DNA from: Planctomycetota bacterium
Lineage (GTDB): Bacteria > Planctomycetota > UBA8108 > UBA1146 > JAJFFE01
NCBI GenBank assembly: GCA_050246115.1
Contig: JBFWWP010000032.1
Coordinates: 1,078 to 65,077 of the forward strand
Length of the DNA: 64,000 bases
Reading direction: 5' to 3'
Below, piece by piece: positions 27,783 through 37,520 of this stretch (position 1 is its first letter; the number at the start of each line of letters is the position of its first letter). The notes beneath the pieces are model-generated. The model saw nothing but the letters and a program-made list of their open reading frames with translations. It ran no database searches and was not told the DNA's origin. The position numbers and the translations under genes are program-made.

Positions 27783-28757
27783 ATGGACCAGGGACGGGCA
27801 CTCCAGAGGGAGCTTCCGCCGCCCTCTGGGCAAGAGCAGATGGACGATCAGCGTAGACACAACGAAACCTCCTTCCTCGCCGGGGCGCCGTTTCATCGCC
27901 TCACGCCAGCCCAAGAGTTGCGCCCATCCCTGGTCGTGATGCAGGGCGCCAACGTAGGGCTGCGGTATCTGTTGAACGAAGCCCGACTGGTCATGGGCCG
28001 TGGGCTCGACCAGGCCCAACTGGTACTTCCCGACCGTTCCGTCTCGGGTGTTCATGCGGTCGTTACGCGCACCGGCGAAGGCGTGACGGCGACTTACTCG
28101 GTACAGGATCTCGGAAGTCGGAACGGGACCTTCGTGAACGGAACCCGACTCGAGGGCTCGGAGACCCGGGTGTTGGTGTCCGAGGATCGTATCGCCCTGG
28201 GGGAGACGGTCCTCAAGTTCACGCTGATGGATGACGCCGAGGGCGACTTCTACGGCAAGATCAGCTCGCTCATGTATCAGGATGATCTGACGGGCCTGGT
28301 CAACAAGCGGCGCTTCGACACGGACTATCACGTCAGTTTCGAGTCCGCGGTCCTTCGCCGCCGCCCGATCGCCGTGGTCATGATGGACATGGACCGCGTC
28401 AAGCAGATCAACGACACCCACGGTCACCACTACGGGGCCTACACGATCGCCGCTACCGGGAAGTTGATCGGCGCGGCTTTTCGGCCGCCGGCCTTGGCCA
28501 CGCGATTCGGGGGGGACGAGTTCATCGCGTACATCCCGGGACTCCGGGCCGACGCCGCCGTGGAGGTCGCGCAGTCGGTCGTGCAAGCGGTGCGGGACTT
28601 CGTCTACGAACTCGATGGCGTCCGCGTCTATCCGACCCTCAGCGTTGGGGTCGCGGCCTACCCCGACGCCGGTCCGACCCCGGAGGAACTCGTTCGAGCT
28701 GCCGACGCGGCGCTCTATCGGGCCAAACAGAACGGACGCAACCAAGCGTCCGTGTAG
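27783..28757 (+). CDS. FHA-domain diguanylate cyclase (FHA-GGDEF)
   Basis: FHA core LVMGRGLDQAQLVLPDRSVSGVHAVV...GSRNGTFVNG. GGDEF domain with LTGLVNKRRF, RFGGDEF active site, and LYRAKQNGRNQ. Start ATG 27783 or 27840 (uncertain). Confidence 0.8.
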   Translation: MDQGRALQRELPPPSGQEQMDDQRRHNETSFLAGAPFHRLTPAQELRPSLVVMQGANVGLRYLLNEARLVMGRGLDQAQLVLPDRSVSGVHAVVTRTGEGVTATYSVQDLGSRNGTFVNGTRLEGSETRVLVSEDRIALGETVLKFTLMDDAEGDFYGKISSLMYQDDLTGLVNKRRFDTDYHVSFESAVLRRRPIAVVMMDMDRVKQINDTHGHHYGAYTIAATGKLIGAAFRPPALATRFGGDEFIAYIPGLRADAAVEVAQSVVQAVRDFVYELDGVRVYPTLSVGVAAYPDAGPTPEELVRAADAALYRAKQNGRNQASV

Positions 28758-28781
28758 CGCTTGACCGATCCGGTGAGGCGG

Positions 28782-30116
28782 CTACAAGCGCTTGATCGAT
28801 CGCAAGTAGTCGCGCAGTTCGTCGTACTGCCCACCTTGGTTTCCGTAGCTCGCGTAGTTCCGCGCGGTAGCCAGCCATTCTTCGGCGCTGGACGTCATCC
28901 GTGCCAGCTCCCGCTCGAGGTCGGCTTGGGTCACGGGATGGACTTCGTCGGTCTCGAGAGAACGTTCGAGGGCTCTTTCGGCGGCACGTTCACAGAGGGC
29001 TTCGAGGTCCGCTCCTGTGAACAACGCGGTTTTGCGGATGAGTTTCTTGGCATCGAGAGACTTGGCGCCGGGCAGCTTCGCCAAGCGTCTTGCAAGCATT
29101 TCGCCGCGAGCGGCCTCGTCCGGTGGCGGCACGAAGAAGGTGCGGTCGAAACGTCCAGGCCTGCGGAACGCGGCGTCGATGTGCCACGGTACGTTGGTCG
29201 CGGCAAACACCAGCACACCCTCGTTCGAAGCCACGGCTCCGTCCATCTCCTGCAGGATTTGGTCAGTCAGCGTCTTGTAGAACTGGGAGGTGGTGCCGCC
29301 GCGGCCGCCAGCAAGCGCGTCGAACTCATCGAAGAACAGCACCGTCGGCGTGCGCCGACGCGCCTCCTCGAACAGGCCGTGCACGAACTTCTCGCTCTCC
29401 CCGTAGTACTTGTCGAGAACGTCATGGATGCCCACGATGACGAAGCGCGCTTGGCACTCTCCCGCCGTGGCCCGCGCCAGGAAGGTTTTTCCACAACCCG
29501 GTGGTCCATAGAGCAGGATCCCACCCCCGGCCTTGCGGCCGAATGCGCTGAAGATCTCCTGTTTCTGAAACGGAGCGATGATCTTGAGGCGAATCGCGCG
29601 CTTCACGTCCTCGAGCCCGACGACGTCGGCGAACCCCGTGTGGAGATCTCCCCAATCGAACTGCTTGGCCCACTCGCTGACGTTCGTCGTATCGTCGTGT
29701 TCGATGGGCACGGCCACGCGCCCGAGCGGGGTTTGGACTCGAGTCTCCGGGGAGTCCGGGTTCTTCGCCTCTTTTGCCGCTTCGGGTGGAGCCTCAGCCT
29801 CACCGCGGCGGGCAGCCAGGATACGTTCCAACTCGGCACGGATCTCCGGGTCATCTCCGCGTTCGAGGATCTGGTCCGCCCGAATCAAGGCCTCGGCGAG
29901 GTGACCGTGCTGGCGCAGGAGCGGGATCAAGTTTCGGCCCACCTCGTCCGCCGGCGCACCCACCTGCTCGGCACTGCGGAGCGCTTCGATCGCCGCGGCC
30001 TCGCGACCGGCACGTCGTAGCAGGTCGGCATAATGCATCCACAGGGCAGGTTGCCGAGCGTTTGTCTCGAGTGCCAGTCGCAGCGCCGCGAGCACGGGGT
30101 CGAGTTCCATGAACAC
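28782..30116 (-). CDS. AAA+ ATPase with N-terminal TPR/MIT-like helical domain (Vps4/SpoVK/katanin-like architecture, no protease domain)
   Basis: Walker A GPPGCGKT, Walker B VLFFDEFDAL, second region of homology ATNVPWHIDAAFRRPGRFDR. N-terminal helical repeats. C-terminal helix. Confidence 0.75.
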   Translation of the reverse strand: MFMELDPVLAALRLALETNARQPALWMHYADLLRRAGREAAAIEALRSAEQVGAPADEVGRNLIPLLRQHGHLAEALIRADQILERGDDPEIRAELERILAARRGEAEAPPEAAKEAKNPDSPETRVQTPLGRVAVPIEHDDTTNVSEWAKQFDWGDLHTGFADVVGLEDVKRAIRLKIIAPFQKQEIFSAFGRKAGGGILLYGPPGCGKTFLARATAGECQARFVIVGIHDVLDKYYGESEKFVHGLFEEARRRTPTVLFFDEFDALAGGRGGTTSQFYKTLTDQILQEMDGAVASNEGVLVFAATNVPWHIDAAFRRPGRFDRTFFVPPPDEAARGEMLARRLAKLPGAKSLDAKKLIRKTALFTGADLEALCERAAERALERSLETDEVHPVTQADLERELARMTSSAEEWLATARNYASYGNQGGQYDELRDYLRSIKRL

Positions 30117-30144
30117 TCCTGAACGAAGGCGGTCCGCGATTCGG

Positions 30145-31059
30145 TTACAGCCGAGCCGGAAACAGTCGTACCCAGACTTTCATGAGAGGACTAGCAAGCC
30201 ACGTGTAGACACAGAGGCCGAGGTACCCGAGCGAGATCCCAACGACCACCGCACGCGGGACTCCCAGGGAGTCGGACAGGAACACGAAGGCCACGACTGC
30301 GGCCCACACGGAGAGCGCGCCGCCGGGTATCTTGCCGCAGAGTTTCCCGAATCCATAGTAGAGGAGAAACGGCCACCGGCAGTGTTTGTCGATGTCGTGG
30401 AAGGCCTCCTGAGTGTCGGTGTTCTCCGGGTCGATCCGCAGGGCTTCACGAACGTGCCGCCGCGCTCGAAACGGCTGGAACCTCTCGAAGGCCGCGGCCG
30501 CAGCGGCCAAGTGCGAGACTTCATCGTCGGGCGACAGGCGCAGGCCGACCTGGTTCGAGAGCGTCGCTTGCTTGCTCGACCCTCGGGCGAGCTGAACGAT
30601 CGACAGTAGATTCTGAGCGTCGGCATCGGTGGGGGCTATACGAAGAGCTTCGCGGACGAGGAGCTCTGCCTTCTCGAGTTCGCCGACACTGTTCTGTAGC
30701 CAGGCGTAGCCACACAAAGCGTCGACATCGGTCGGGTCGCGGCGGAGCAGTTCGAGGAAGTGGGCCTCCGACTCTCGATTGCGTCCTTGAAGCATCGTCG
30801 ACCGTGCCAGCACTCGCGTGGCCGCCGTCTCCTCCGGATCCAGGAGTAGTGCCTCACGGGCGGCGGCCTCCGCATCGGCCGGCCGGGACTGCCTCAGGAA
30901 CACCAACGCGCGCAACGCATGGAGCGACGCAGCGTCCGGCTCCTCCGCGAGCGCCCGCTCGATGAGTTCATGTGCGCGCCCATACTGCCTGATCTCCAAG
31001 TTCTGGTGGACGACCTCGAAGAGGCGCGATCGCGACGATTGTGACGAAGGGCGCTCCAT
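30145..31059 (-). CDS. TPR-repeat protein with C-terminal transmembrane segments
   Basis: Start at ATG 31059 (MERPSSQSS). Multiple TPR-like helical repeats. Hydrophobic C-terminus VWAAVVAFVFLSDSLGVPRAVVVGISLGYLGLCVYTWLA. Confidence 0.55.
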   Translation of the reverse strand: MERPSSQSSRSRLFEVVHQNLEIRQYGRAHELIERALAEEPDAASLHALRALVFLRQSRPADAEAAAREALLLDPEETAATRVLARSTMLQGRNRESEAHFLELLRRDPTDVDALCGYAWLQNSVGELEKAELLVREALRIAPTDADAQNLLSIVQLARGSSKQATLSNQVGLRLSPDDEVSHLAAAAAAFERFQPFRARRHVREALRIDPENTDTQEAFHDIDKHCRWPFLLYYGFGKLCGKIPGGALSVWAAVVAFVFLSDSLGVPRAVVVGISLGYLGLCVYTWLASPLMKVWVRLFPARL

Positions 31060-31117
31060 CAGTGAACTCACTTCTTCCGGCGGCCAAGCCGCGCACCGGT
31101 CACCCCAGCGGACGACC

Positions 31118-31726
31118 TCACAGAATCCAACGGTAGTCGTAGATCCAGTAGTAGAGTCCGCATTGCACCGCCAACCCGAGTACCGCCGCACCGAGCGCCG
31201 GCCAGAGCAGTCGTCCCACTCGAACTTCGTGATGGCGAGTGAGGTGGAAACGAGCCCATTGCGGACGAGCGGCGAGGTACAGCGCGAGCAAGGTGATGCC
31301 ATCCCACACGTACCGGTGCAGTCGACCCCACTTTCGGAGCGCGGCCTTTCGCGCAGCGGCCGCTTCTCCCATCTGCTCGAGCAGGCCAGGGGTCTGGAGC
31401 GTCGCGGTCAGGGAGGTCTTAGCCACGGTATCCGACGCGACTTTCTCCGACGGCACCGAGCCCCGCCAATCGTGACTCTGGGTCGCGTTCAGCATCCATC
31501 CAGTCGAGAGCAGAGCGCCGACCAGGAGCGCAGCCGCGGTCGCAATGATGCGCAAGCGGATCGCGGGCAGCCCCAGCCGAGCGCAGTTGGCGGTGAATAG
31601 GAGGCCACCCGTCAGCGGTCCGCAGAGGAACGTCGCGATCATCAGATGTCGCGGGTCCCACGGTTGTCGGAGACCTGCTACGTCGTGCCGTGCCTCGAGG
31701 GTCGGCTTGAACAGCTCGTTGTTCAT
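31118..31726 (-). CDS. Hypothetical integral membrane protein
   Basis: Start at ATG 31726 (MNNELFK). Three or four predicted TM helices (IATFLCGPLTGGLLF, IIATAAALLVGALLS, ITLLALYLAA, AVLGLAVQCGLYYWIY). Co-directional with the TPR and AAA genes. Confidence 0.45.
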   Translation of the reverse strand: MNNELFKPTLEARHDVAGLRQPWDPRHLMIATFLCGPLTGGLLFTANCARLGLPAIRLRIIATAAALLVGALLSTGWMLNATQSHDWRGSVPSEKVASDTVAKTSLTATLQTPGLLEQMGEAAAARKAALRKWGRLHRYVWDGITLLALYLAARPQWARFHLTRHHEVRVGRLLWPALGAAVLGLAVQCGLYYWIYDYRWIL

Positions 31727-32113
31727 GACTCTCTCCAAGGGGCCTTCGAAAGTCCCCTCGCGGCTGCGGCCAAGCCGCATCCACTTCACCCTAAAACGCT
31801 CGTCTTCGGCTCGTAGCCAAAAGCGCGAACTCGAGTTGCTTTCGTTTCACCCGAAAATGCTCGCCTTCGGCTCGTTCCGCAAGGCGCAGACTGGGGTTGT
31901 GGAACAACGCGCTTGATTGGGCACTAGTTCGGAACTCCAGGTGGCTGCCAGACCGACCGCCGAGAATAGTAGCGGGGCGTGCTCGAGTCGAGCCCAACGC
32001 CAGAATCAAACGCGTGCCGCGCTCGTGGGGGGGCGAGGGGTAGAGAAACCCAGGCCGAGTTCGCGGCGCTCGTCGGTTGGCGCCAGGCCCGTTCTGGCGT
32101 CACCCGCCGCAGT

Positions 32114-33967
32114 TCACGGGCAGGCGGCGGCGCACCCCAGAGTGTCCGCCGTCGGATCCACTCCGCAAGTTCCAACGGGCGGGCGTAAGGGGATGGGGGG
32201 TTGTCCGAACAGCGACCCGAGTAGGATCACGGCGTCCGCGAGGTTCAGCCCTCCGTCATCATTCGCGTCACAAGCGTCGCTGCAGGTGACCGCGTTTGGA
32301 GTGCCGGTAGGAAAGAGGAAGCCCAACAGGAACACCGCATCGGAGATGTTCTCTGCGCCGTCGACATTACAGTCTCCGCGCACGAGCGTCGCCGTTGCCG
32401 AACACTCATCCGGGGTTCCGTCGCCGTCGGTGTCCGTACTCGTTCCACTCGCGATGTCGCATGGGTCCGGAGTGCCATTGCTGTTGCAATCGGCGAAGGC
32501 GGGCGCGGTGAACAGAAGCCACAAACTCCCGAACCCGGTGGTCGGGAAGTCGCCGACGGCCCCGACCGCGATCTCGCGGTGTCCGTCTCCATCGATGTCG
32601 GCGAGCGCCTGGAGCGAGCGACCGAACGAGCTCGTGTCGATCAGTGCACCATCGAAGTCGCCGGCGGTGTCGCTGATCTTCTGCCCACCGAGCACCGTGC
32701 CGCCAGGTTGCAGCGTGAGCACCCACACCGCACCGCGGTTTGCGAAGTTGCCCACGCCGCCATCGTCGTCCAACGGGGCGCCGACCAACAAGTCGGGGAT
32801 GTCGTCGCCATTCAGGTCACCGGGCGCCCCGACCGCGGAGCCGAAGGCATCACCACCGCTCAGTCCCGCAGGGAGATTGCCGGCGAGCGCGCTGATCTTC
32901 TGCGTTCCGGAAACCGATCCGAGCGGGCTCAGAAACAAGATCCAAACGGCGCCCGTGTCGTTTGCGCCGTCGTCGTCGAGGCGCGCGCCGACCGCGATGT
33001 CGCCCACGAGGTCCCCATCGACATCGCCCACCGCTGCCACCGAGCTGCCGAAACCGTCGAGGTCGTCCAACACTCCCGCGAACGCCCCGGAGGTTGCGCT
33101 GATCTTGTGCTCCGCCACGACGCTCCCGGTGTTCGTCAAATCGAGGAGCCAGACCGCGCCGCGGTCCATGCCGCCATCGTCCGTTCCGCGGGCACCGACC
33201 GCGAGGTCCGGGACGCCGTTCCCATCACGGTCGCCCAACGCTGCCAGCGACTCGCCAAAGAAGTCGAATGCGGCGAGCGTGCCCATGAATGAGCCCTGCG
33301 TCGCGCTGACCTTGGCGAAGCCGCTCACCGCGGGGCCGGGAGCGAGAAACAAAATGTACACGGCACCCGCATCGCTGGCGCCATCGTCATCACCAGTAGC
33401 TCCTACCGCCAGGTCCACTGTGCCGTTCTGGTCGACATCGCCTACTGCAGCGACGGCGGACCCGAAGCGGTCGCTCGCGTCGAGTGGGCCCGTGAATCCG
33501 CCTTGGCCCTCCGCGATCTTCGTGTGGCTGGAGACCGTGCCATCGGCCGCGAGGAGCAAGATGTAGACGGCGCCTTGGTCCGATCCGCCATCGTCATCGC
33601 CGGGTGCGCCCACCGCAATGTCGGGGATCCCATCGCCATTGAGGTCGCCCACCGAGGCGATGGCTTGGCCGAAGCGGTCGAAGGGGTCGAGGTCCACGCC
33701 GAACCCGCCGGTAAGGTCACCGATCTCCGTCTCCCCCGTGAGCGCCCCTGCCCACGCGCCGAGGTCGCACTCGTCAGGAATGCCGTTGACGTTGCAGTCG
33801 GCACTGGTGCCGCTGCTCAAGTCCAGCGCGTCGTCGATGCCGTTGCCATTGCAGTCAGCACCCCGAAGTGCAGTTGGCTCGCTCAGCGTACCCGCGAGCA
33901 GCAGGGTCACTCCCGCCAGCCAGCCCTGCCAGCGCGTGAGCGCGGTGAAACGGAACAACGAAGCCAT
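32114..33967 (-). CDS. Secreted FG-GAP/VCBS-repeat (integrin-alpha-like beta-propeller) protein with C-terminal dockerin-like module
   Basis: Signal MASLFRFTALTRWQGWLAGVTLLLAGTLS. At least 7 repeats of the DxNGDGxxDLAVGAxGDDDGG type. C-terminus LVRGDCNVDGAENISDAVFLLGFLF ... CDANDDGGLNLADAVILLGSLF ... CGVDPTADTLGCAAACP. Confidence 0.7.
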   Translation of the reverse strand: MASLFRFTALTRWQGWLAGVTLLLAGTLSEPTALRGADCNGNGIDDALDLSSGTSADCNVNGIPDECDLGAWAGALTGETEIGDLTGGFGVDLDPFDRFGQAIASVGDLNGDGIPDIAVGAPGDDDGGSDQGAVYILLLAADGTVSSHTKIAEGQGGFTGPLDASDRFGSAVAAVGDVDQNGTVDLAVGATGDDDGASDAGAVYILFLAPGPAVSGFAKVSATQGSFMGTLAAFDFFGESLAALGDRDGNGVPDLAVGARGTDDGGMDRGAVWLLDLTNTGSVVAEHKISATSGAFAGVLDDLDGFGSSVAAVGDVDGDLVGDIAVGARLDDDGANDTGAVWILFLSPLGSVSGTQKISALAGNLPAGLSGGDAFGSAVGAPGDLNGDDIPDLLVGAPLDDDGGVGNFANRGAVWVLTLQPGGTVLGGQKISDTAGDFDGALIDTSSFGRSLQALADIDGDGHREIAVGAVGDFPTTGFGSLWLLFTAPAFADCNSNGTPDPCDIASGTSTDTDGDGTPDECSATATLVRGDCNVDGAENISDAVFLLGFLFPTGTPNAVTCSDACDANDDGGLNLADAVILLGSLFGQPPIPLRPPVGTCGVDPTADTLGCAAACP

Positions 33968-34172
33968 CGAGGCACCTCCTGGTTCGGCGTGGAGTCGCTG
34001 CGGCCTTGCGGGCAGGCTCTCGCGGCCGGGCCCGGTGAGCACCACGACCGGAGGCGTTGCTCGAGGTTCCGGCGGCTCGCTGCTGCGATCGAGAGTACTG
34101 ACTGCGCGCCAGACGCGCGAGCGCGGATGGCCGCGTTTCGCGTATCCAGCCGTGCGCCACGGACGGGTCCGC

Positions 34173-37100
34173 TCAGAAGCGGGATCGTGGCAGCGGCTCG
34201 AGTAGGTCCTGGTAGCGGGCGCGCTCCGATGGCGTGAAGTCGCGGAAGAGACGACCGCGGACGGCGTCGAGCAGAGTCTCCGGACTGGCCCACCACAAGC
34301 GCGCCGTGCGGTCGAACGACGACGTCGCGACGCGGGTCCCGTCGGCGGAGAACTCGGCCGACCATACGACTCCGGAGTGGCCGTTCAACGTGAGCACGAG
34401 GGTGCCGTCCAGGCTCCAAATGCGCGCGGTCTGATCTCGCGACGCCGTGAGTACGCGTTGCCCGTCGGGCGAGAAGACCGCGCTGAGGACCGCTCCTTCA
34501 TGACCGCGAAGGACGGCGAGGCACGCGCCGTCGGCCACGCGCCAAACACGCGCGGTGCCGTCGTCGGAGCCGCTCACCAGGGTACTGCCGCTTGGGTCGA
34601 ACCGTACGCTATGAGGCAGCCCCGTGTGACCGTCGAGCTGGGTGATCAGGGCGCCCTGCGGGGTCCAAACGCGAATGCTCTTCGCGCTCGTCGTCGCCAA
34701 TCGCTGGCCGTCCGGCGCGAAGACCGCCGACCACACGAGGTCGTCGTGCCCCGTGAGTCGAGCGAGGACTCGTGCGTCGGCGTCGAGCACCAATGCGGAG
34801 CGATCGTTGCCGCGGGCGACGAAGCGCCATGCGGTCCCACCGAACCAGCCGCAGAGGACTCTCTTCTCGGGACTCGCGATCGTCCAGTGGAGGGTGCCAT
34901 CGAGGCTCCACACGTAGGCGCTTGGACCACTGGTGGTGGTGAACACGCGCGCCCCAGTGGGCAAGAAGGAAGCCGAGTAGACGAGCTCATCGTGGGGCAG
35001 TACGAGCCGCTCCCGTCCGTCGCGACTCCACACTCGCGCCGTGCGGTCGCGCCCGCCGGTGACGACGAGGTCGCCGTCGCACGAGAACGCCGCTGAGTAC
35101 AAACCCAGAGAGTGACCGCGAAAGACAGGGAGTCCCGCCGGTTGCAGGTCCCAGAGGCGCACGGTGGTGTCGGTCGAGGCCGTGACCACCGTGGTCATGT
35201 CCGGCGCGACCAGCGCCGCGTTGACGCTGGCGTCGTGCCCTCGAAAGAAGCTGACCGGTGTGCCGTCGAGGCGCCAGAGACAGGCCGATTGGTCGGCGCT
35301 CGCGGTGACGACGTACTGATCGTCGGGCGTGATCGTTGCATGATGGACGGCTCCGCCGTGGCCGCGGAACACGGCGATCTCGCGTCCGGCACGGTCGAAG
35401 AGACGCGCGGTCTGATCCGACGAAGTGGCGAGGATCTCACCGCGCGGCGTGAAGGATACGCTCTGCACGCGATCGTCGAGGGCGAGTTGCGGCCCCAGGG
35501 ACTCACCGTCGGCACCGAATCGCAGCAACTCGCGGTTCCCGACGGCCACGAACTCCGGTTCGCCGAACGCGGTCGCGAGTCGTGGAGGCCCACTGAAGTT
35601 CGTCACGCGTTCCCATTGCTCCTTGCCGGTCTCGACTTCGAAGCAGCGGAGACTTCCGCCGGCGCCCGCAACGATGAGAAGTCGGTCGCGATCGATGAGC
35701 GCTGCGTCGTGGAGCCGACTCATGCCCATCGGAAACTGGGAGCGAACGGCTCCGGACGCCGCGTCCCGGATGGTGCAGCGCGCGCACTCGACCTCGAAGA
35801 GGGTCGCACCCAGCGTGTCGAAACGAAGTATCCGCGGTGAGCGCTCGGGATCTGAGTCGCCAGCCGCCACGTGGGCGTCGCCCACGAGGGTCGGGCTGGG
35901 TGTCTGGGCCAGATTCCAGGCGAAGGTGTTCCCAGCGCTCGTAGCGAACGCGAGGCGTCGGCCGCTCGGCGCGACGGCCACCGTCACGATCTCCTCGGTC
36001 GACGCGAAGCTCGCGATCCGGACGCCGCCCCAGGTCCACGCCTGCAGGGTATGGCGATCGACGCTGACGAAGCCGGTCGCGTCGCCCAATGCGTAGAGTT
36101 GCTCGACACTCTCCTCGTGGCCCGTGAGCACCTGGCGCTCGTGGAGCGCCGCCATCACTTGATGGAGTTGCGATAGCGTCCGTGGGGTGGGCTCGGTGTC
36201 GACGGCTTCGCGAGCGAGGAGTAGCGCCAGCAACGGATCTTGACCCGCGGCTTCGGCGGACGCGCTCACGAAGGTGACCGCGCGCGCATGCCTGAGGCTC
36301 CGATCGCGGTGGTCGATCGCTTGATTCAAGCCATGAACGTAAACCGCCGTGGTCGCGAGCAAAACGATGGTCGTTGCCGCCAGCGTGGCGGCGAGGATGG
36401 GGTTGCGCGCGATGGCCATCTGCAACAGCTCGCGCACGCTCGGCCGACGCGCCGCGATGGGGCGCGCCTCGAGAAAGGCGCGCAGATCGCTCGCCAACTC
36501 GGCCGCGGAGGCATAGCGTTGATCCGGCAGGGGCAGCGTGGCGCGGCGGATGATGACATCGAGATCTCGGGGTACGCGCGGCTCCAGGCGACGCACGCGC
36601 GGCACCATCCCACGAGCCCATGGGTGCGACCGGGCGTCGGGGTTCATGCCGACCAGCGGATGCTGCTGCGCCAAGAGTTCGAACAAAGTCACGCCCAAGC
36701 TGAAGATGTCGCTCCGCACTTCCGCCCGGCCTTGCAGGCACTCTGGCGCCAAGTAGCGGAGCGTGCCGACGAGGTCACCGGTACGGGTGAGATCGCTTCC
36801 TTCCTCGGTCTTGCACAGGCCGAAGTCGGTGACCCACGCATGGTCCTGGTCGTCGAGCAGGATGTTCGAGGGCTTGATGTCGCGGTGCACGACCCCGTGC
36901 GCGTGCGCATGGGCCAAGGCTTCCGCTACTTCGAGGCCGATCCGAGCCGCGCGCCGCAGATGCGCCTCCCATGCCTCCGCGGCGCTCAGTGCGCTCGCGT
37001 CCAGACCCTGGATCACGGCGTCGAGCCCCCGACCCTCGATGTATTGCATCGCATAGTAGTGCCGGCCGCGGTCCGTACCCACGTCGTACACGGGAACGAT

Positions 37101-37520
37101 GTGGGGGTGGTGGAGGCGTGCGGCGGCACGCGCTTCACGGTGGAAGCGCAGGGCGAGCCCTTTGGGATCGCCGCCCGGGAGTTCCAGAACCTTGAGGGCG
37201 ACGCGGCGACCCAGCGCAGGGTCCAGGGCTTCGAAGACGACGCCCATCCCGCCTCGCGCCAGTTCGCGAAGGACAGGGTAGCCGCCAAGTTCCGTGCTCG
37301 CGGTCAGCCGCTCTCCCGGAGGGGGCGGGAGTTCGACGAGTGCGGCGTGCAGGTCGAGAATCTCCTCCGCGAGATCCGGGTGTCGGGTGACGAACTCGCT
37401 CACCGGTGGAATCGATCCGTCGACGAAGCCTTGCGCGAGCGTGTCCGCGATGCGCCCCAAGGTTTCGTCTGGAGTCGCGGAGGGCGCGTGAGGTGGTGGG
37501 GAGGGGAGCACGTCGCTCAT
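34173..37520 (-). CDS. Serine/threonine protein kinase with C-terminal WD40 beta-propeller repeats (~14 repeats)
   Basis: GGMGVVFEA, ALKVL, HRDIKPSNILL, DFGLCK, LAPE. The C-terminal ~700 aa is made of WD-like repeats (GHxxxVxxxxFSPDG...WD). Start overlaps the upstream ECF sigma gene by ATGA. Confidence 0.85.
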   Translation of the reverse strand: MSDVLPSPPPHAPSATPDETLGRIADTLAQGFVDGSIPPVSEFVTRHPDLAEEILDLHAALVELPPPPGERLTASTELGGYPVLRELARGGMGVVFEALDPALGRRVALKVLELPGGDPKGLALRFHREARAAARLHHPHIVPVYDVGTDRGRHYYAMQYIEGRGLDAVIQGLDASALSAAEAWEAHLRRAARIGLEVAEALAHAHAHGVVHRDIKPSNILLDDQDHAWVTDFGLCKTEEGSDLTRTGDLVGTLRYLAPECLQGRAEVRSDIFSLGVTLFELLAQQHPLVGMNPDARSHPWARGMVPRVRRLEPRVPRDLDVIIRRATLPLPDQRYASAAELASDLRAFLEARPIAARRPSVRELLQMAIARNPILAATLAATTIVLLATTAVYVHGLNQAIDHRDRSLRHARAVTFVSASAEAAGQDPLLALLLAREAVDTEPTPRTLSQLHQVMAALHERQVLTGHEESVEQLYALGDATGFVSVDRHTLQAWTWGGVRIASFASTEEIVTVAVAPSGRRLAFATSAGNTFAWNLAQTPSPTLVGDAHVAAGDSDPERSPRILRFDTLGATLFEVECARCTIRDAASGAVRSQFPMGMSRLHDAALIDRDRLLIVAGAGGSLRCFEVETGKEQWERVTNFSGPPRLATAFGEPEFVAVGNRELLRFGADGESLGPQLALDDRVQSVSFTPRGEILATSSDQTARLFDRAGREIAVFRGHGGAVHHATITPDDQYVVTASADQSACLWRLDGTPVSFFRGHDASVNAALVAPDMTTVVTASTDTTVRLWDLQPAGLPVFRGHSLGLYSAAFSCDGDLVVTGGRDRTARVWSRDGRERLVLPHDELVYSASFLPTGARVFTTTSGPSAYVWSLDGTLHWTIASPEKRVLCGWFGGTAWRFVARGNDRSALVLDADARVLARLTGHDDLVWSAVFAPDGQRLATTSAKSIRVWTPQGALITQLDGHTGLPHSVRFDPSGSTLVSGSDDGTARVWRVADGACLAVLRGHEGAVLSAVFSPDGQRVLTASRDQTARIWSLDGTLVLTLNGHSGVVWSAEFSADGTRVATSSFDRTARLWWASPETLLDAVRGRLFRDFTPSERARYQDLLEPLPRSRF

